IMG/VR virus record: IMGVR_UViG_2724679223_000002
Location: 1 to 64,000 of that record
Length of the DNA: 64,000 bases
Origin: a virus
Taxonomy: Duplodnaviria > Caudoviricetes
Strand: one strand, 5' to 3'
The translations under genes were made by a program, and so were the position numbers. Below the pieces are notes generated by a model. That model had not been told where the DNA came from. It saw only the letters and a program-made list of their open reading frames with translations, and made no database searches. Positions 20,242 to 28,106 of this stretch are shown here, in pieces. How positions within the stretch are numbered: the first letter of the stretch is position 1; every line of letters begins with the position of its first letter.

Positions 20242-20287
20242 AACATCCCTCCTTGTTTTCTAAGAAGGGACGTTGTCCCCTCTTAGT

Positions 20288-20599
20288 TTATTTTATAACA
20301 TGTATTAAGAGTCCCATAGACCCAGCTCTATATATTTTGATTTCTTTTCCCTTGATTTCCTCTACCAATCCATCATCATCATAGATTTTTAGCCAGTTTT
20401 GAAAAGTGTGACATAGTTCATAGTGTCCCGGAATTTCTGCATCATCATTTTCTACAATATATGCTTTATATGCCGCATCCTCTCCGAAGACAATCACTTC
20501 CGCGTTGATAAAAGGAGCTTCTTCCACGCAACCAACCGCCGTCAATGCGGCTATATCTGACATTCCAACATAGATACTTTTTTCTTTATAGTTTTTCAT
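20288..20599 (-). CDS. Small acidic hypothetical protein
   Basis: RBS AGGAGG; D/E-rich. Confidence 0.7.
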   Translation of the reverse strand: MKNYKEKSIYVGMSDIAALTAVGCVEEAPFINAEVIVFGEDAAYKAYIVENDDAEIPGHYELCHTFQNWLKIYDDDGLVEEIKGKEIKIYRAGSMGLLIHVIK

Positions 20600-20649
20600 G
20601 ATTTCCTCCTTGTAGTTTTCAGTAGAAGGGGATCGTGTCCCCTTCTGCC

Positions 20650-21132
20650 TTATCCTCTGTTATCATATATGATTGCATTATCTGCAACTTCAATGATAAC
20701 TTCATCATTTTCTTCTCTATATGTTCCCATGATAGATAAAAAACTACAATTTGTGAAATCTACGATACAACTTCCTGATTTTACATCCACATTTTCCATT
20801 TCTACAGTAATACTGTCTATCATGTCTTCCTTTACTTCTGCCCAAGTTTTTCCAATCATTTTTTCAAAATTTTCTTCTTTTTCATTTGTCCACGCATCCA
20901 AAACTATGATGCCTTCATCTGTTTTTTCTACAGAAATGAAAACTTCCGGAGCATTTTTTTCATTCACATATGCGGTATAATCATAATTTTGTCCCATTGA
21001 TTTTTCCAGAACTACTTCTGAAATTCCATTAAATTCATAATCACCGAACGCTATGATTACTTCATTTTCAAAATCTTCTACCGCTACCTCCATTCCTTTC
21101 ATTTCCTTTACAACTTCCATTAACTTTTTCAT
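20650..21132 (-). CDS. Very acidic hypothetical protein
   Basis: RBS AGGAGG; D/E-rich. Confidence 0.7.
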   Translation of the reverse strand: MKKLMEVVKEMKGMEVAVEDFENEVIIAFGDYEFNGISEVVLEKSMGQNYDYTAYVNEKNAPEVFISVEKTDEGIIVLDAWTNEKEENFEKMIGKTWAEVKEDMIDSITVEMENVDVKSGSCIVDFTNCSFLSIMGTYREENDEVIIEVADNAIIYDNRG

Positions 21133-21142
21133 ATTTTCCTCC

Positions 21143-21256
21143 TTATATTCCTCTTAATAAATTTAATAACAAACCAACGATAATCATTCCCTTGATTAAG
21201 ATGCTTTTACTCCGCATCCCAATCAAACCCAGTAAAATAATGACCATATTTGACAT
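21143..21256 (-). CDS. 37-aa hydrophobic peptide (MSNMVIILLGLIG...LLRGI)
   Basis: Translated by hand; stop abuts the RBS of the next gene; weak RBS of its own. Confidence 0.4.
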   Translation of the reverse strand: MSNMVIILLGLIGMRSKSILIKGMIIVGLLLNLLRGI

Positions 21257-21278
21257 TTTGTTTTTTTAGGGATATAAT
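21250..21278 (+). promoter_or_regulatory. Consensus sigma70 promoter for antisense RNA
   Basis: TTGACA (21250-55), 17 bp, TATAAT (21273-78). Confidence 0.8.
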
Positions 21279-21284
21279 GAGGTT

Positions 21285-21422
21285 AGAGGGGAGATCCCCG
21301 AAGGGCTTTTAGCCCTTCAAGAAATCTCGGATTGTTGTTATTAGAGCCAAGACGGCAATCATGAACTCTAGTATCAACTTCACTATCTCTAACCTCTCCC
21401 GCCTCTGGCGGGCTTTCTTTTT
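21285..21422 (+). ncRNA. Antisense sRNA (type I antitoxin candidate)
   Basis: Perfect promoter upstream; hairpins; CCCGCC-TCT-GGCGGG plus T-rich terminator; complementary to 21309..21470. Confidence 0.6.
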
Positions 21423-21470
21423 CCCTTTGATTTTTTCCACCTCCTTTTTTTTGTTTTTTCTCTCTTTCAT
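21309..21470 (-). CDS. 53-aa basic single-TM peptide (type I toxin candidate)
   Basis: MKERKNKKKEVEKIKGKKKARQRRERLEIVKLILEFMIAVLALITTIRDFLKG; RBS GGAGGTG. Confidence 0.6.
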   Translation of the reverse strand: MKERKNKKKEVEKIKGKKKARQRRERLEIVKLILEFMIAVLALITTIRDFLKG

Positions 21471-21490
21471 CACCTCCCCTTTACAATATT

Positions 21491-21535
21491 AGTATATCAT
21501 CCTTTCTTGAAAAAGTCAATAGTTTTTTCAAGAAA
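21491..21535 (-). promoter_or_regulatory. Promoter with operator palindrome
   Basis: TTGACT-17-TATACT; inverted repeat TTTCTTGAAAAA (21503-14) / TTTTTCAAGAAA (21524-35). Confidence 0.7.
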
Positions 21536-21618
21536 TATTTAAAAATTTTTTATTTTTTTTAATAGGATGAAAAATCTTTTATTTTCAATGAAAATATAGT
21601 AAATAAAAAGAGAGTTTT

Positions 21619-21855
21619 TCAACTCTCTAAGAATAAACTATATTGATTTGTATCTTTTTTTAATTGCAATTTACTTTTAAAAGAAGACTCTTTTTCTAAA
21701 AGTTCCAAGCTTTCTAAATCGACCTTCCAAGTCCCTTTTTGTTGACAGAATATATATTGTCCGCCAAGCGTGCCATTTTTGCAGTAATTATATATCGTGT
21801 CAACCGATACTTTAAGTCTATTTGCCGCTTGAGCGACTGAAATATATTTTGCCAT
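21619..21855 (-). CDS. Excisionase-type HTH (HTH_17) protein, possible late activator
   Basis: YISVAQAANRLKVSVDTIYNYCKNG...WKV. Confidence 0.75.
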   Translation of the reverse strand: MAKYISVAQAANRLKVSVDTIYNYCKNGTLGGQYIFCQQKGTWKVDLESLELLEKESSFKSKLQLKKDTNQYSLFLES

Positions 21856-21907
21856 GTCTTCCTCCTTGCTTTTTTTCTTATTGTAACACACTTTTTTTCA
21901 TTTGTCT

Positions 21908-22747
21908 TTATTTTATTACACAATACCACTCCTCCCTCTCTGATGAACGCCCAAACATAGATTTTTTGTATTTTTTGATAGTGAATGTTGCCTCTGGAAA
22001 AGTCTTTTGAATGAGGTTTGAAAGAGTGTTCTCCACACTTCCGAACACTAGAAAAACATTCCCTTTTTCTTTATTTTTTTGTATAAACTCTATCAATGCC
22101 ATATCGTCCTGTTCTGTCCAACTCATCTCTTTATATCTATACCCTTTTGTTCCCCTCTCCTTTGTCCCTGTGCTAGTCACATACGGCGGATCTAGCAAAA
22201 TAAAACTGTTATCAAACTGCCAATTTTTGTTGAAAAACTCATGTTTTATGTGAATATTTTCCATTTTTTGTAAGTATTTTTCTAAATTTTGTAATTTTTG
22301 TATCGAATAAAAATTGCTGGACAAAGAGTCATCTTGTTTTACACTCATTAACATTTGTAATGCTTTGATTTCATGTGATGCCAGTTTAAGAATATTCTGC
22401 CTTGTGATTTCATGAAATTTTTCTTTCCACCCCAGCCATTTCTTTTTATCTTCATAAAAAGCTCTGCCTAAAGTTATTGTCTCTCCATTCAATATGTGTT
22501 CTACCGCTTTTTTATAAAGTTTTATTCCATGTTTTCTGTTCCGGATGAGTCCTTCCATAAACTCATCTTTGACATTTGCAAGTACTGTTACTTCTCCAAA
22601 TTCTTCTTTCACATTCAAAGTTACTTCCATAGCCCCAGCAAACAAATCTACAAAATGTTTTTTATAATTTTCTTGAAATATTTCTTTAATTTCTTTGTAA
22701 AATCTTCCCTTACTCCCCATGTATGCGAATGTCTTTTTGATTTTCAT
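21908..22747 (-). CDS. DNA adenine methyltransferase (D12/Dam-like)
   Basis: YMGSK, FVDLFAG and LDPPY motifs; start 22747 after AGGAGG. Confidence 0.85.
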   Translation of the reverse strand: MKIKKTFAYMGSKGRFYKEIKEIFQENYKKHFVDLFAGAMEVTLNVKEEFGEVTVLANVKDEFMEGLIRNRKHGIKLYKKAVEHILNGETITLGRAFYEDKKKWLGWKEKFHEITRQNILKLASHEIKALQMLMSVKQDDSLSSNFYSIQKLQNLEKYLQKMENIHIKHEFFNKNWQFDNSFILLDPPYVTSTGTKERGTKGYRYKEMSWTEQDDMALIEFIQKNKEKGNVFLVFGSVENTLSNLIQKTFPEATFTIKKYKKSMFGRSSEREEWYCVIK

Positions 22748-22764
22748 AATTCCTCCTGTACAAT

Positions 22765-22817
22765 AAAAAAAGAGCCCAGTAATTCCTAACTTTTTTAAGT
22801 TAGAAAATACCGAGCTC
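22765..22817 (-). terminator. Long hairpin with U-tract directly upstream of the methyltransferase RBS
   Basis: GAGCTCGGTA...CTAACTT-AAAA-AAGTTAG...TACTGGGCTC then T run. Confidence 0.65.
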
Positions 22818-22833
22818 AATGCTACAAAGTATC

Positions 22834-22986
22834 TTATTTATTCAATTTTTCTATAATTTTAATCGGCACTTTTTTATTTGCTTCTATGATGTATCCATGC
22901 TTTATTTTCACCTCACACCAGCCATCATGCTTTTTCATTTCTTCAATTAAATATTTTTCGTTCTTTTCAATCTGTTTTTCTTTCAT
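22834..22986 (-). CDS. 50-aa small protein (DUF2292/DUF3954-like)
   Basis: MKEKQIEKNEKYLIEEMKKHDGWCEVKIKHGYIIEANKKVPIKIIEKLNK; RBS GGAGGT. Confidence 0.55.
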   Translation of the reverse strand: MKEKQIEKNEKYLIEEMKKHDGWCEVKIKHGYIIEANKKVPIKIIEKLNK

Positions 22987-23060
22987 CCACTCTACCTCCA
23001 CAACGTCATTTTTTCAAGTCTAAGTTTTATTAAAAAATAGACTATTAAAAAAAGTCAGAC

Positions 23061-23366
23061 TCAAAACAGAGCCTGACTTTGGCAATTTCCTCTTAACTCC
23101 CTTGCCTGCTTGTTGTATTTCTTGTAAAATAGAGCTCTTGAAATATTCAATTTCTCAATGAGTTCTTCATTGCTCATCCTGTAATTTGCACAAATCAACT
23201 CTTCTAATTTCTGTCTTATTTTTCTCTCTGTGTTTTTGCATTTCTTGTAAGTACTACTCTTTCTTTCCCTTTTTGCTTTCAATAGTTTATTTCTGAGTAT
23301 AGAATCACTATTTCCAAGCAATTGTAATAGCTTATCTCTTTCTTCCTGTGTGATAATGATTTTCAT
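23061..23366 (-). CDS. HTH DNA-binding protein
   Basis: NEELIEKLNISRALFYK. Confidence 0.55.
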   Translation of the reverse strand: MKIIITQEERDKLLQLLGNSDSILRNKLLKAKRERKSSTYKKCKNTERKIRQKLEELICANYRMSNEELIEKLNISRALFYKKYNKQARELRGNCQSQALF

Positions 23367-23937
23367 AAAATACTCTCCGCAGTTTCTGCAAACTTCTTTT
23401 TACTATCGCATTGACTCTTTGTCTACATACTCCCATTTCTTTAGCTATCTCTTGTTGTTGATAGCCTTCGAAATAAATTTTTTTTAGAATAAGAGCTTCT
23501 TTCTCGTCACAAGTAAGCTTGATATATTGCTCTAATGTAGACTTTAAACAAATAGAGTTTTCTTCCTCTATTGTTGTTTCATCTTCGCTCTTAAAATCTC
23601 GATACTCAAAGTCTATCCGTATTTTTCGCTCCTCTTTACTCATTTTTTCAATGACATGAGATGGAAGTCTATATTTCTCCCTTTCCCGATACCGCTTGAT
23701 TTTTTGACGGATCCAATGAAAAGCATAACTAGAGAGCTTTACATTTTTTGTTTCATCGAACTTATCAATTGCATGACAGAAAGCTAATATTCCTTCTTGA
23801 AAGCCATCTTCTGAACTTCCATACATGCGATTGATTTTATGTACTAAGTTGATGTTTTTCTCTATCAATTCATTTCTAGCTTCTATATCCCCCAACTTTG
23901 CTAGTCTTATGAGTTCAAGAGTTTCCTTCGTTTCCAT
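23332..23937 (-). CDS. Phage sigma-70 family sigma factor
   Basis: GDIEARNELIEKN, FQEG...AIDKFD...YAFHWIR, QEIAKEMGVCRQRV. Confidence 0.9.
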   Translation of the reverse strand: METKETLELIRLAKLGDIEARNELIEKNINLVHKINRMYGSSEDGFQEGILAFCHAIDKFDETKNVKLSSYAFHWIRQKIKRYREREKYRLPSHVIEKMSKEERKIRIDFEYRDFKSEDETTIEEENSICLKSTLEQYIKLTCDEKEALILKKIYFEGYQQQEIAKEMGVCRQRVNAIVKRSLQKLRRVFYENHYHTGRKR

Positions 23938-23939
23938 TT

Positions 23940-24155
23940 TTAATTTTCCTCAACATTCAGAAGTTGAAAGTTTAAAATAATAACATTCGCTTGAATTGAT
24001 TTTTTATTTTTCAGTGCTTTTTCAATGTGTCTTTTGCATCTTTCCAATGTTTTCATATCTTTTATCTCTTCATCCAGCTCAATTCCAATATTTCCCATCC
24101 CTGACTCGCTATTTCCTTTGAATTGATAGCTCATGAAGTATTTGTATATTTTCAT
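23940..24155 (-). CDS. Hypothetical protein
   Basis: Compact early-operon ORF. Confidence 0.55.
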   Translation of the reverse strand: MKIYKYFMSYQFKGNSESGMGNIGIELDEEIKDMKTLERCKRHIEKALKNKKSIQANVIILNFQLLNVEEN

Positions 24156-24157
24156 TC

Positions 24158-24442
24158 CTAAACCACCTCATCTTTGTGTATCCAAGAAATAACATATATT
24201 TCTACGCCATTTGTTGCAAAGAATGTCAAATCAGATATCATTCTTTCAAACGTTTCTCCCGTTTCATTATTCTCAATTTTTAAGACAACATCTTCTTTCT
24301 TTATTTCTTCACTCATAATATCTCGCAAAATATATTCTCTGTCATCGCATAATTCAAACACCCTAACTGTATTACATTTCAATCCTAATTTTTCTTTTTC
24401 ATAGTAATCAGGATTACTCTTAAACGTTATTACTTGTTTCAT
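24158..24442 (-). CDS. ASCH/PUA-like domain protein
   Basis: FKSNPDYYEKEKLGLKCNTVR pattern. Confidence 0.55.
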   Translation of the reverse strand: MKQVITFKSNPDYYEKEKLGLKCNTVRVFELCDDREYILRDIMSEEIKKEDVVLKIENNETGETFERMISDLTFFATNGVEIYVISWIHKDEVV

Positions 24443-24774
24443 TCCTCATCATCTCCAAGTGCTTTTTTCTTCTGTTCCTCTAATTTTTGAATTTTTTTCT
24501 TTGCTGTTTCTACAATGCTTTTTCCAAAGTCGTCTTCTTTAACAGAGTAGATATCTATTGCTCGTTTATGAAATTCAATTTCTCTTTCTATATTCTGAAT
24601 AAATCCATCTCTATTTCTATAGCAACCAACTTCTTCTTCGTAACATGTCTCTCCAGCTACGACATAATATGTAGCTGTTCTTTCTTCAACACAAGCATTG
24701 CAGTAAAATTCATCCTGAATTTCGTAAAATCTCTCATCTTTTGTTATTTCTCTTTCACAACAAGCACATTTCAT
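24439..24774 (-). CDS. Zn-finger protein
   Basis: CACC...YCNAC and C-terminal coiled coil. Confidence 0.55.
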   Translation of the reverse strand: MKCACCEREITKDERFYEIQDEFYCNACVEERTATYYVVAGETCYEEEVGCYRNRDGFIQNIEREIEFHKRAIDIYSVKEDDFGKSIVETAKKKIQKLEEQKKKALGDDEE

Positions 24775-24775
24775 C

Positions 24776-25360
24776 CTACATCGCCTTCTTGCTACGCACT
24801 ATCTTTTCTCGTGCGTTGTTAATTGTTTCAGAAAGCTCTTTCTTTTCTAATTCAATCAATTTCAACTGATTTTCAAAGATATTTTGTTTTTCTATCAACT
24901 TATTTATAATCGCTCCATACTCTGCTAGATCTGCCTTTACTTTTGATAAAGAATTCTTAGTTTCCACCACTCTTTCTTCATTTTTTCTCTCGAAATTTTC
25001 CTCTTCTTCGATAGCTCTTCGTAAGTTCTTAAAAAGTACTTCGAGCATCTCTCGATTACCTGTATCATCCAATCCGAAGTCTATGTAATAGCATGTCACC
25101 AAATTCTCTCCTGACGCCACATAGGTCATCATAATATCCTTTCTGATGTAAAACTCCGCTTTCTTATGCCCTTCGAATTGAGCCGTTGTAACATATTCTG
25201 CTTGTTTAAATTCTAGCTTTAAACATTTTTCCAGTTCTTGAGCTTCTTGCTCATGTCGTTTTCTCCAGCTATCAAATGTTCTATCTGTAATTCCCGCCGC
25301 TTTGTATACTCTAGCAGCGTATCTCATCAGTGCATGTCTTGTTACATTTATCTCTTTCAT
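24776..25360 (-). CDS. Hypothetical protein (T.HA..RY N-terminus, coiled-coil C-terminus)
   Basis: Start moved to the MKEIN ATG after GAGGAG. Confidence 0.55.
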   Translation of the reverse strand: MKEINVTRHALMRYAARVYKAAGITDRTFDSWRKRHEQEAQELEKCLKLEFKQAEYVTTAQFEGHKKAEFYIRKDIMMTYVASGENLVTCYYIDFGLDDTGNREMLEVLFKNLRRAIEEEENFERKNEERVVETKNSLSKVKADLAEYGAIINKLIEKQNIFENQLKLIELEKKELSETINNAREKIVRSKKAM

Positions 25361-25710
25361 TCTTCCTCCTCTACTTCGTATGCTTCCAAATATTCTCTTA
25401 ATTCGTCCCAATACACTATCGTAATTCCCACACCCTTAGCAAAACCTAACTCCATTAAGCAACCTTTCGATTTTTCAATATCTCGAAAGCGTGGAATTGC
25501 TAAGATGTCGCATTGACTAAGCAAAGATAAGCAATCCTCAATTCCTTTCAAATAGTCTGTTTTTTCATATCCCCAAAAGCTGTGAATCGGGCTTATAAAT
25601 GTAACGTCCTTAAACTTTTTCAAAGGATCCACGAATTTTTCCACTGCTTTTTTATTTTCCTCATTCCCACCGTAAGGATGAGCCACATAGATTAAAGTTT
25701 TCTTTTTCAT
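25357..25710 (-). CDS. DUF4406/nucleoside deoxyribosyltransferase-like protein
   Basis: IYVAHPY...SP...CD...SKGCLME..FA. Confidence 0.7.
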   Translation of the reverse strand: MKKKTLIYVAHPYGGNEENKKAVEKFVDPLKKFKDVTFISPIHSFWGYEKTDYLKGIEDCLSLLSQCDILAIPRFRDIEKSKGCLMELGFAKGVGITIVYWDELREYLEAYEVEEEE

Positions 25711-26093
25711 AAATTCCCCTTTTTCTTCTTCCATTCTTCGATTTTTTCTAGTGCTATGATAACCTTACTAGCTTCTTCTTTATTCAGTCGAGTTAGTGAA
25801 ATATCATAGCCTGCTTGCTTTTCAATTTCCTTTGATAATGCCTCTTTATAATCTTCTCCATATATCCTTTTAGCTAAGCCTTTAATCCTTATTTTTTGCT
25901 TGTAGCTTAAGTATGGAGATTCAAAGCCAAGTTTTTCAAATTGCTCTAATAGCCTTTCGAATTGTGCATAAGTTAAATCTTTCGAACTTTTCACGTTGAA
26001 TTGATGAAGAAGAGCACGATACTCTTCTTCCTTCAATCCTAGCCTTGTCTTAGCAACATGTATCAAAGAAATGTGATTTCTATTCAATTCCAT
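25707..26093 (-). CDS. gemA: Mu GemA/gp16 family (DUF1018)
   Basis: IHVAKTRLGL..EEYRALL...SSKDLT...LGF. Confidence 0.85.
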   Translation of the reverse strand: MELNRNHISLIHVAKTRLGLKEEEYRALLHQFNVKSSKDLTYAQFERLLEQFEKLGFESPYLSYKQKIRIKGLAKRIYGEDYKEALSKEIEKQAGYDISLTRLNKEEASKVIIALEKIEEWKKKKGNL

Positions 26094-26094
26094 G

Positions 26095-26745
26095 TTAAAC
26101 TCCTGTCATTGTCAAAGGCACATATTTCTTTTCTCCTGTTTCTGGATCCTTATAGTAGCAATCAATGAAAACCTTACTTTTTAGTGGTTTGTAAGCATCC
26201 TCAATGATTTTTACACCGTCTAAGAAAGCTTCATTGTTTATTTTCTCCGCTAATTTTCGTAACTCTAAGACTCTGTTTGCTTTCATGTTACCGTTTTTAT
26301 CTTTCTTCAGTAAAGTATCTAAGATGTCTTCAATGATTGCTTTTTCTCCTGTTACGATTGTTTTTAAATATCCTTTTATTTTTTCGATACCGACATGAAC
26401 GGTATCATCAAAAGAATCCATAATCCTAGAGCCAACGACAACGCTATATCCTTGTTTATCCGTAAATGTGTGACTGAATTGCTTATCCACAGGAACACCA
26501 TATATCTCACCTTTCAACTTAATTAGAGTGCTTAAATCATCAAACACTTCCGCTTTCACTTTCGCAAGCTCTTCGGATGCTTTTTGCAGTCTTTCAAAAT
26601 TTCTTGTCACTGCCTCTTCCACCAATCTCTTATACTCTTCCCGTTCTTTCCGTATCCTTTCTCTTTTTTCTTTTTCCTCTGCTATAATTTGTTTTTTCAA
26701 CTGTTCTTGTTGTTCTTGTGTTAAATCTTGTAAGTTAATTTCCAT
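26095..26745 (-). CDS. DUF3164 family Mu-like protein
   Basis: QFSHTFT...FDDT...LLKKDKNG...VPL. Confidence 0.75.
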   Translation of the reverse strand: MEINLQDLTQEQQEQLKKQIIAEEKEKRERIRKEREEYKRLVEEAVTRNFERLQKASEELAKVKAEVFDDLSTLIKLKGEIYGVPVDKQFSHTFTDKQGYSVVVGSRIMDSFDDTVHVGIEKIKGYLKTIVTGEKAIIEDILDTLLKKDKNGNMKANRVLELRKLAEKINNEAFLDGVKIIEDAYKPLKSKVFIDCYYKDPETGEKKYVPLTMTGV

Positions 26746-26995
26746 CCTTTGTCCCTCCTATCACGATTTCATCATCGACTTGTAAGAAAATAAGCTTTTC
26801 TGTAAGTCCATTGTCACTAACCAATTTCCAATCTTCGCCCTCTTTTTCGTATGCTGTTCCTACCACAGCCTCTCTTCCCAAAATATTCAGTGTGCATTCC
26901 CATCCTAACCGTCCATCTTCAAGACAAATTTCTTTTGCTAATTCATATTTTGTTCTTTTATCTGTTACTATTTTTAATTTAAACATATCAATCAC
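26735..26995 (-). CDS. Hypothetical protein
   Basis: Overlapping start/stop in early operon. Confidence 0.5.
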   Translation of the reverse strand: MIDMFKLKIVTDKRTKYELAKEICLEDGRLGWECTLNILGREAVVGTAYEKEGEDWKLVSDNGLTEKLIFLQVDDEIVIGGTKDGN

Positions 26996-27617
26996 TTACC
27001 TTTTCTAAAAATTGAAATTTATAGCCAATTCTCTCAATATCTTCTACCGTTAAAATCTGCCCTTCCTCTATTCTCCCATTTAACTTGAAAACAATAGCTT
27101 TTTGCCCTTCTTCTTGTTCAAAATTTATTCTATTTTTTTCAATTTTTATATCTAGCAATTTTGATAAAACATCTGCTGTTGACTGATGTCCTATTGCAGA
27201 AAGTAAATTTCCTTCATTCATAATGACAAACTCTTTAGCATCTTCTAATGAAATATCACATATTTCATATGCTCCTTCACTTGTTAAAATACTAGTGTTT
27301 AAAATTGCCAAAGGTTTAGAAAACTTAAAACTTAAATCTAATACATTCACAAAATGTAATGTTTTGCAAAAATCCTTTTTTCCTTCTTCAATATCATCAT
27401 ATATTCTCCAGTCTAAAAATCCCCATATGATAATCTCTCGAATGCCTTTTTTTCCTCTAGTATGAAAATGAACTCCCACTTCTTCGCCATCTTTTGTAAA
27501 TCTGACATAATGCGACATTTCTAGTAATTCATTTATGATTTCTACTTTTTCTTCCAATGTATATTCTGGTAGATGCTTCACTTTTACAAGCATCCCTTCC
27601 GTTATAATTTTTTTCAT
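26988..27617 (-). CDS. Unknown N-terminal domain fused to DUF1874 (AcrIII-1-type cA4 ring nuclease)
   Basis: ILNTSIL...ISLEDAK...SAIGHQSTA..LS.LL...NRI...AIVFKL.GRIEEGQIL...IGYKF. Confidence 0.8.
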   Translation of the reverse strand: MKKIITEGMLVKVKHLPEYTLEEKVEIINELLEMSHYVRFTKDGEEVGVHFHTRGKKGIREIIIWGFLDWRIYDDIEEGKKDFCKTLHFVNVLDLSFKFSKPLAILNTSILTSEGAYEICDISLEDAKEFVIMNEGNLLSAIGHQSTADVLSKLLDIKIEKNRINFEQEEGQKAIVFKLNGRIEEGQILTVEDIERIGYKFQFLEKVSD

Positions 27618-27667
27618 TATTTCCCCTCCATTCTTCTTAGCATAATTCTTCTCAACATATCCTATTA

Positions 27668-27895
27668 CTAGATTAAATCCTTAATTTCTTCTATCCCTTT
27701 AAAAATTTTTTGAGTTAAAGTATAGTATTCTTTTGAAAAGCGTTCCTTAATTCCTTTTCTCAATTCTTGTCTTTGAATTTCTTTCCTTCTTAGCATGTCC
27801 TGTGCTACCATATTCAATTTCCCCTCTATCTTTTTTCTATCTTTAATGCCATATTGAATACAAATAGCTTCTTTTATGCCTTCTAATCGTGTCAT
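27668..27895 (-). CDS. Hypothetical protein
   Basis: RBS GGAGG. Confidence 0.55.
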   Translation of the reverse strand: MTRLEGIKEAICIQYGIKDRKKIEGKLNMVAQDMLRRKEIQRQELRKGIKERFSKEYYTLTQKIFKGIEEIKDLI

Positions 27896-27904
27896 AATGC
27901 CTCC

Positions 27905-28096
27905 TTATAACATTTTCAATTGATATTCCAAATCTTTAATCTCCTCTTCCAATCTTCTTTCTTCCATTTTCAAGTGCTTTTTGTAGTCTTCTTCTTCTAC
28001 TGCCGGAATCGCTTCCTGTAAATAAAGCAAAGCTTGCAATTTATACTTATATGCCATTCCCAACCGAATAGCTTCCTCTACATTCCTTAATTCCAT
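27905..28096 (-). CDS. Hypothetical coiled-coil protein
   Basis: RBS AGGAGG. Confidence 0.55.
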   Translation of the reverse strand: MELRNVEEAIRLGMAYKYKLQALLYLQEAIPAVEEEDYKKHLKMEERRLEEEIKDLEYQLKML

Positions 28097-28106
28097 ATTG
28101 CCTCCT

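Noticed and set aside
21269-21278. GGGATATAA match between spacer 3 and the antisense-RNA promoter
   Set aside because: Only 9 nt, with mismatches at the first seed positions; expected by chance
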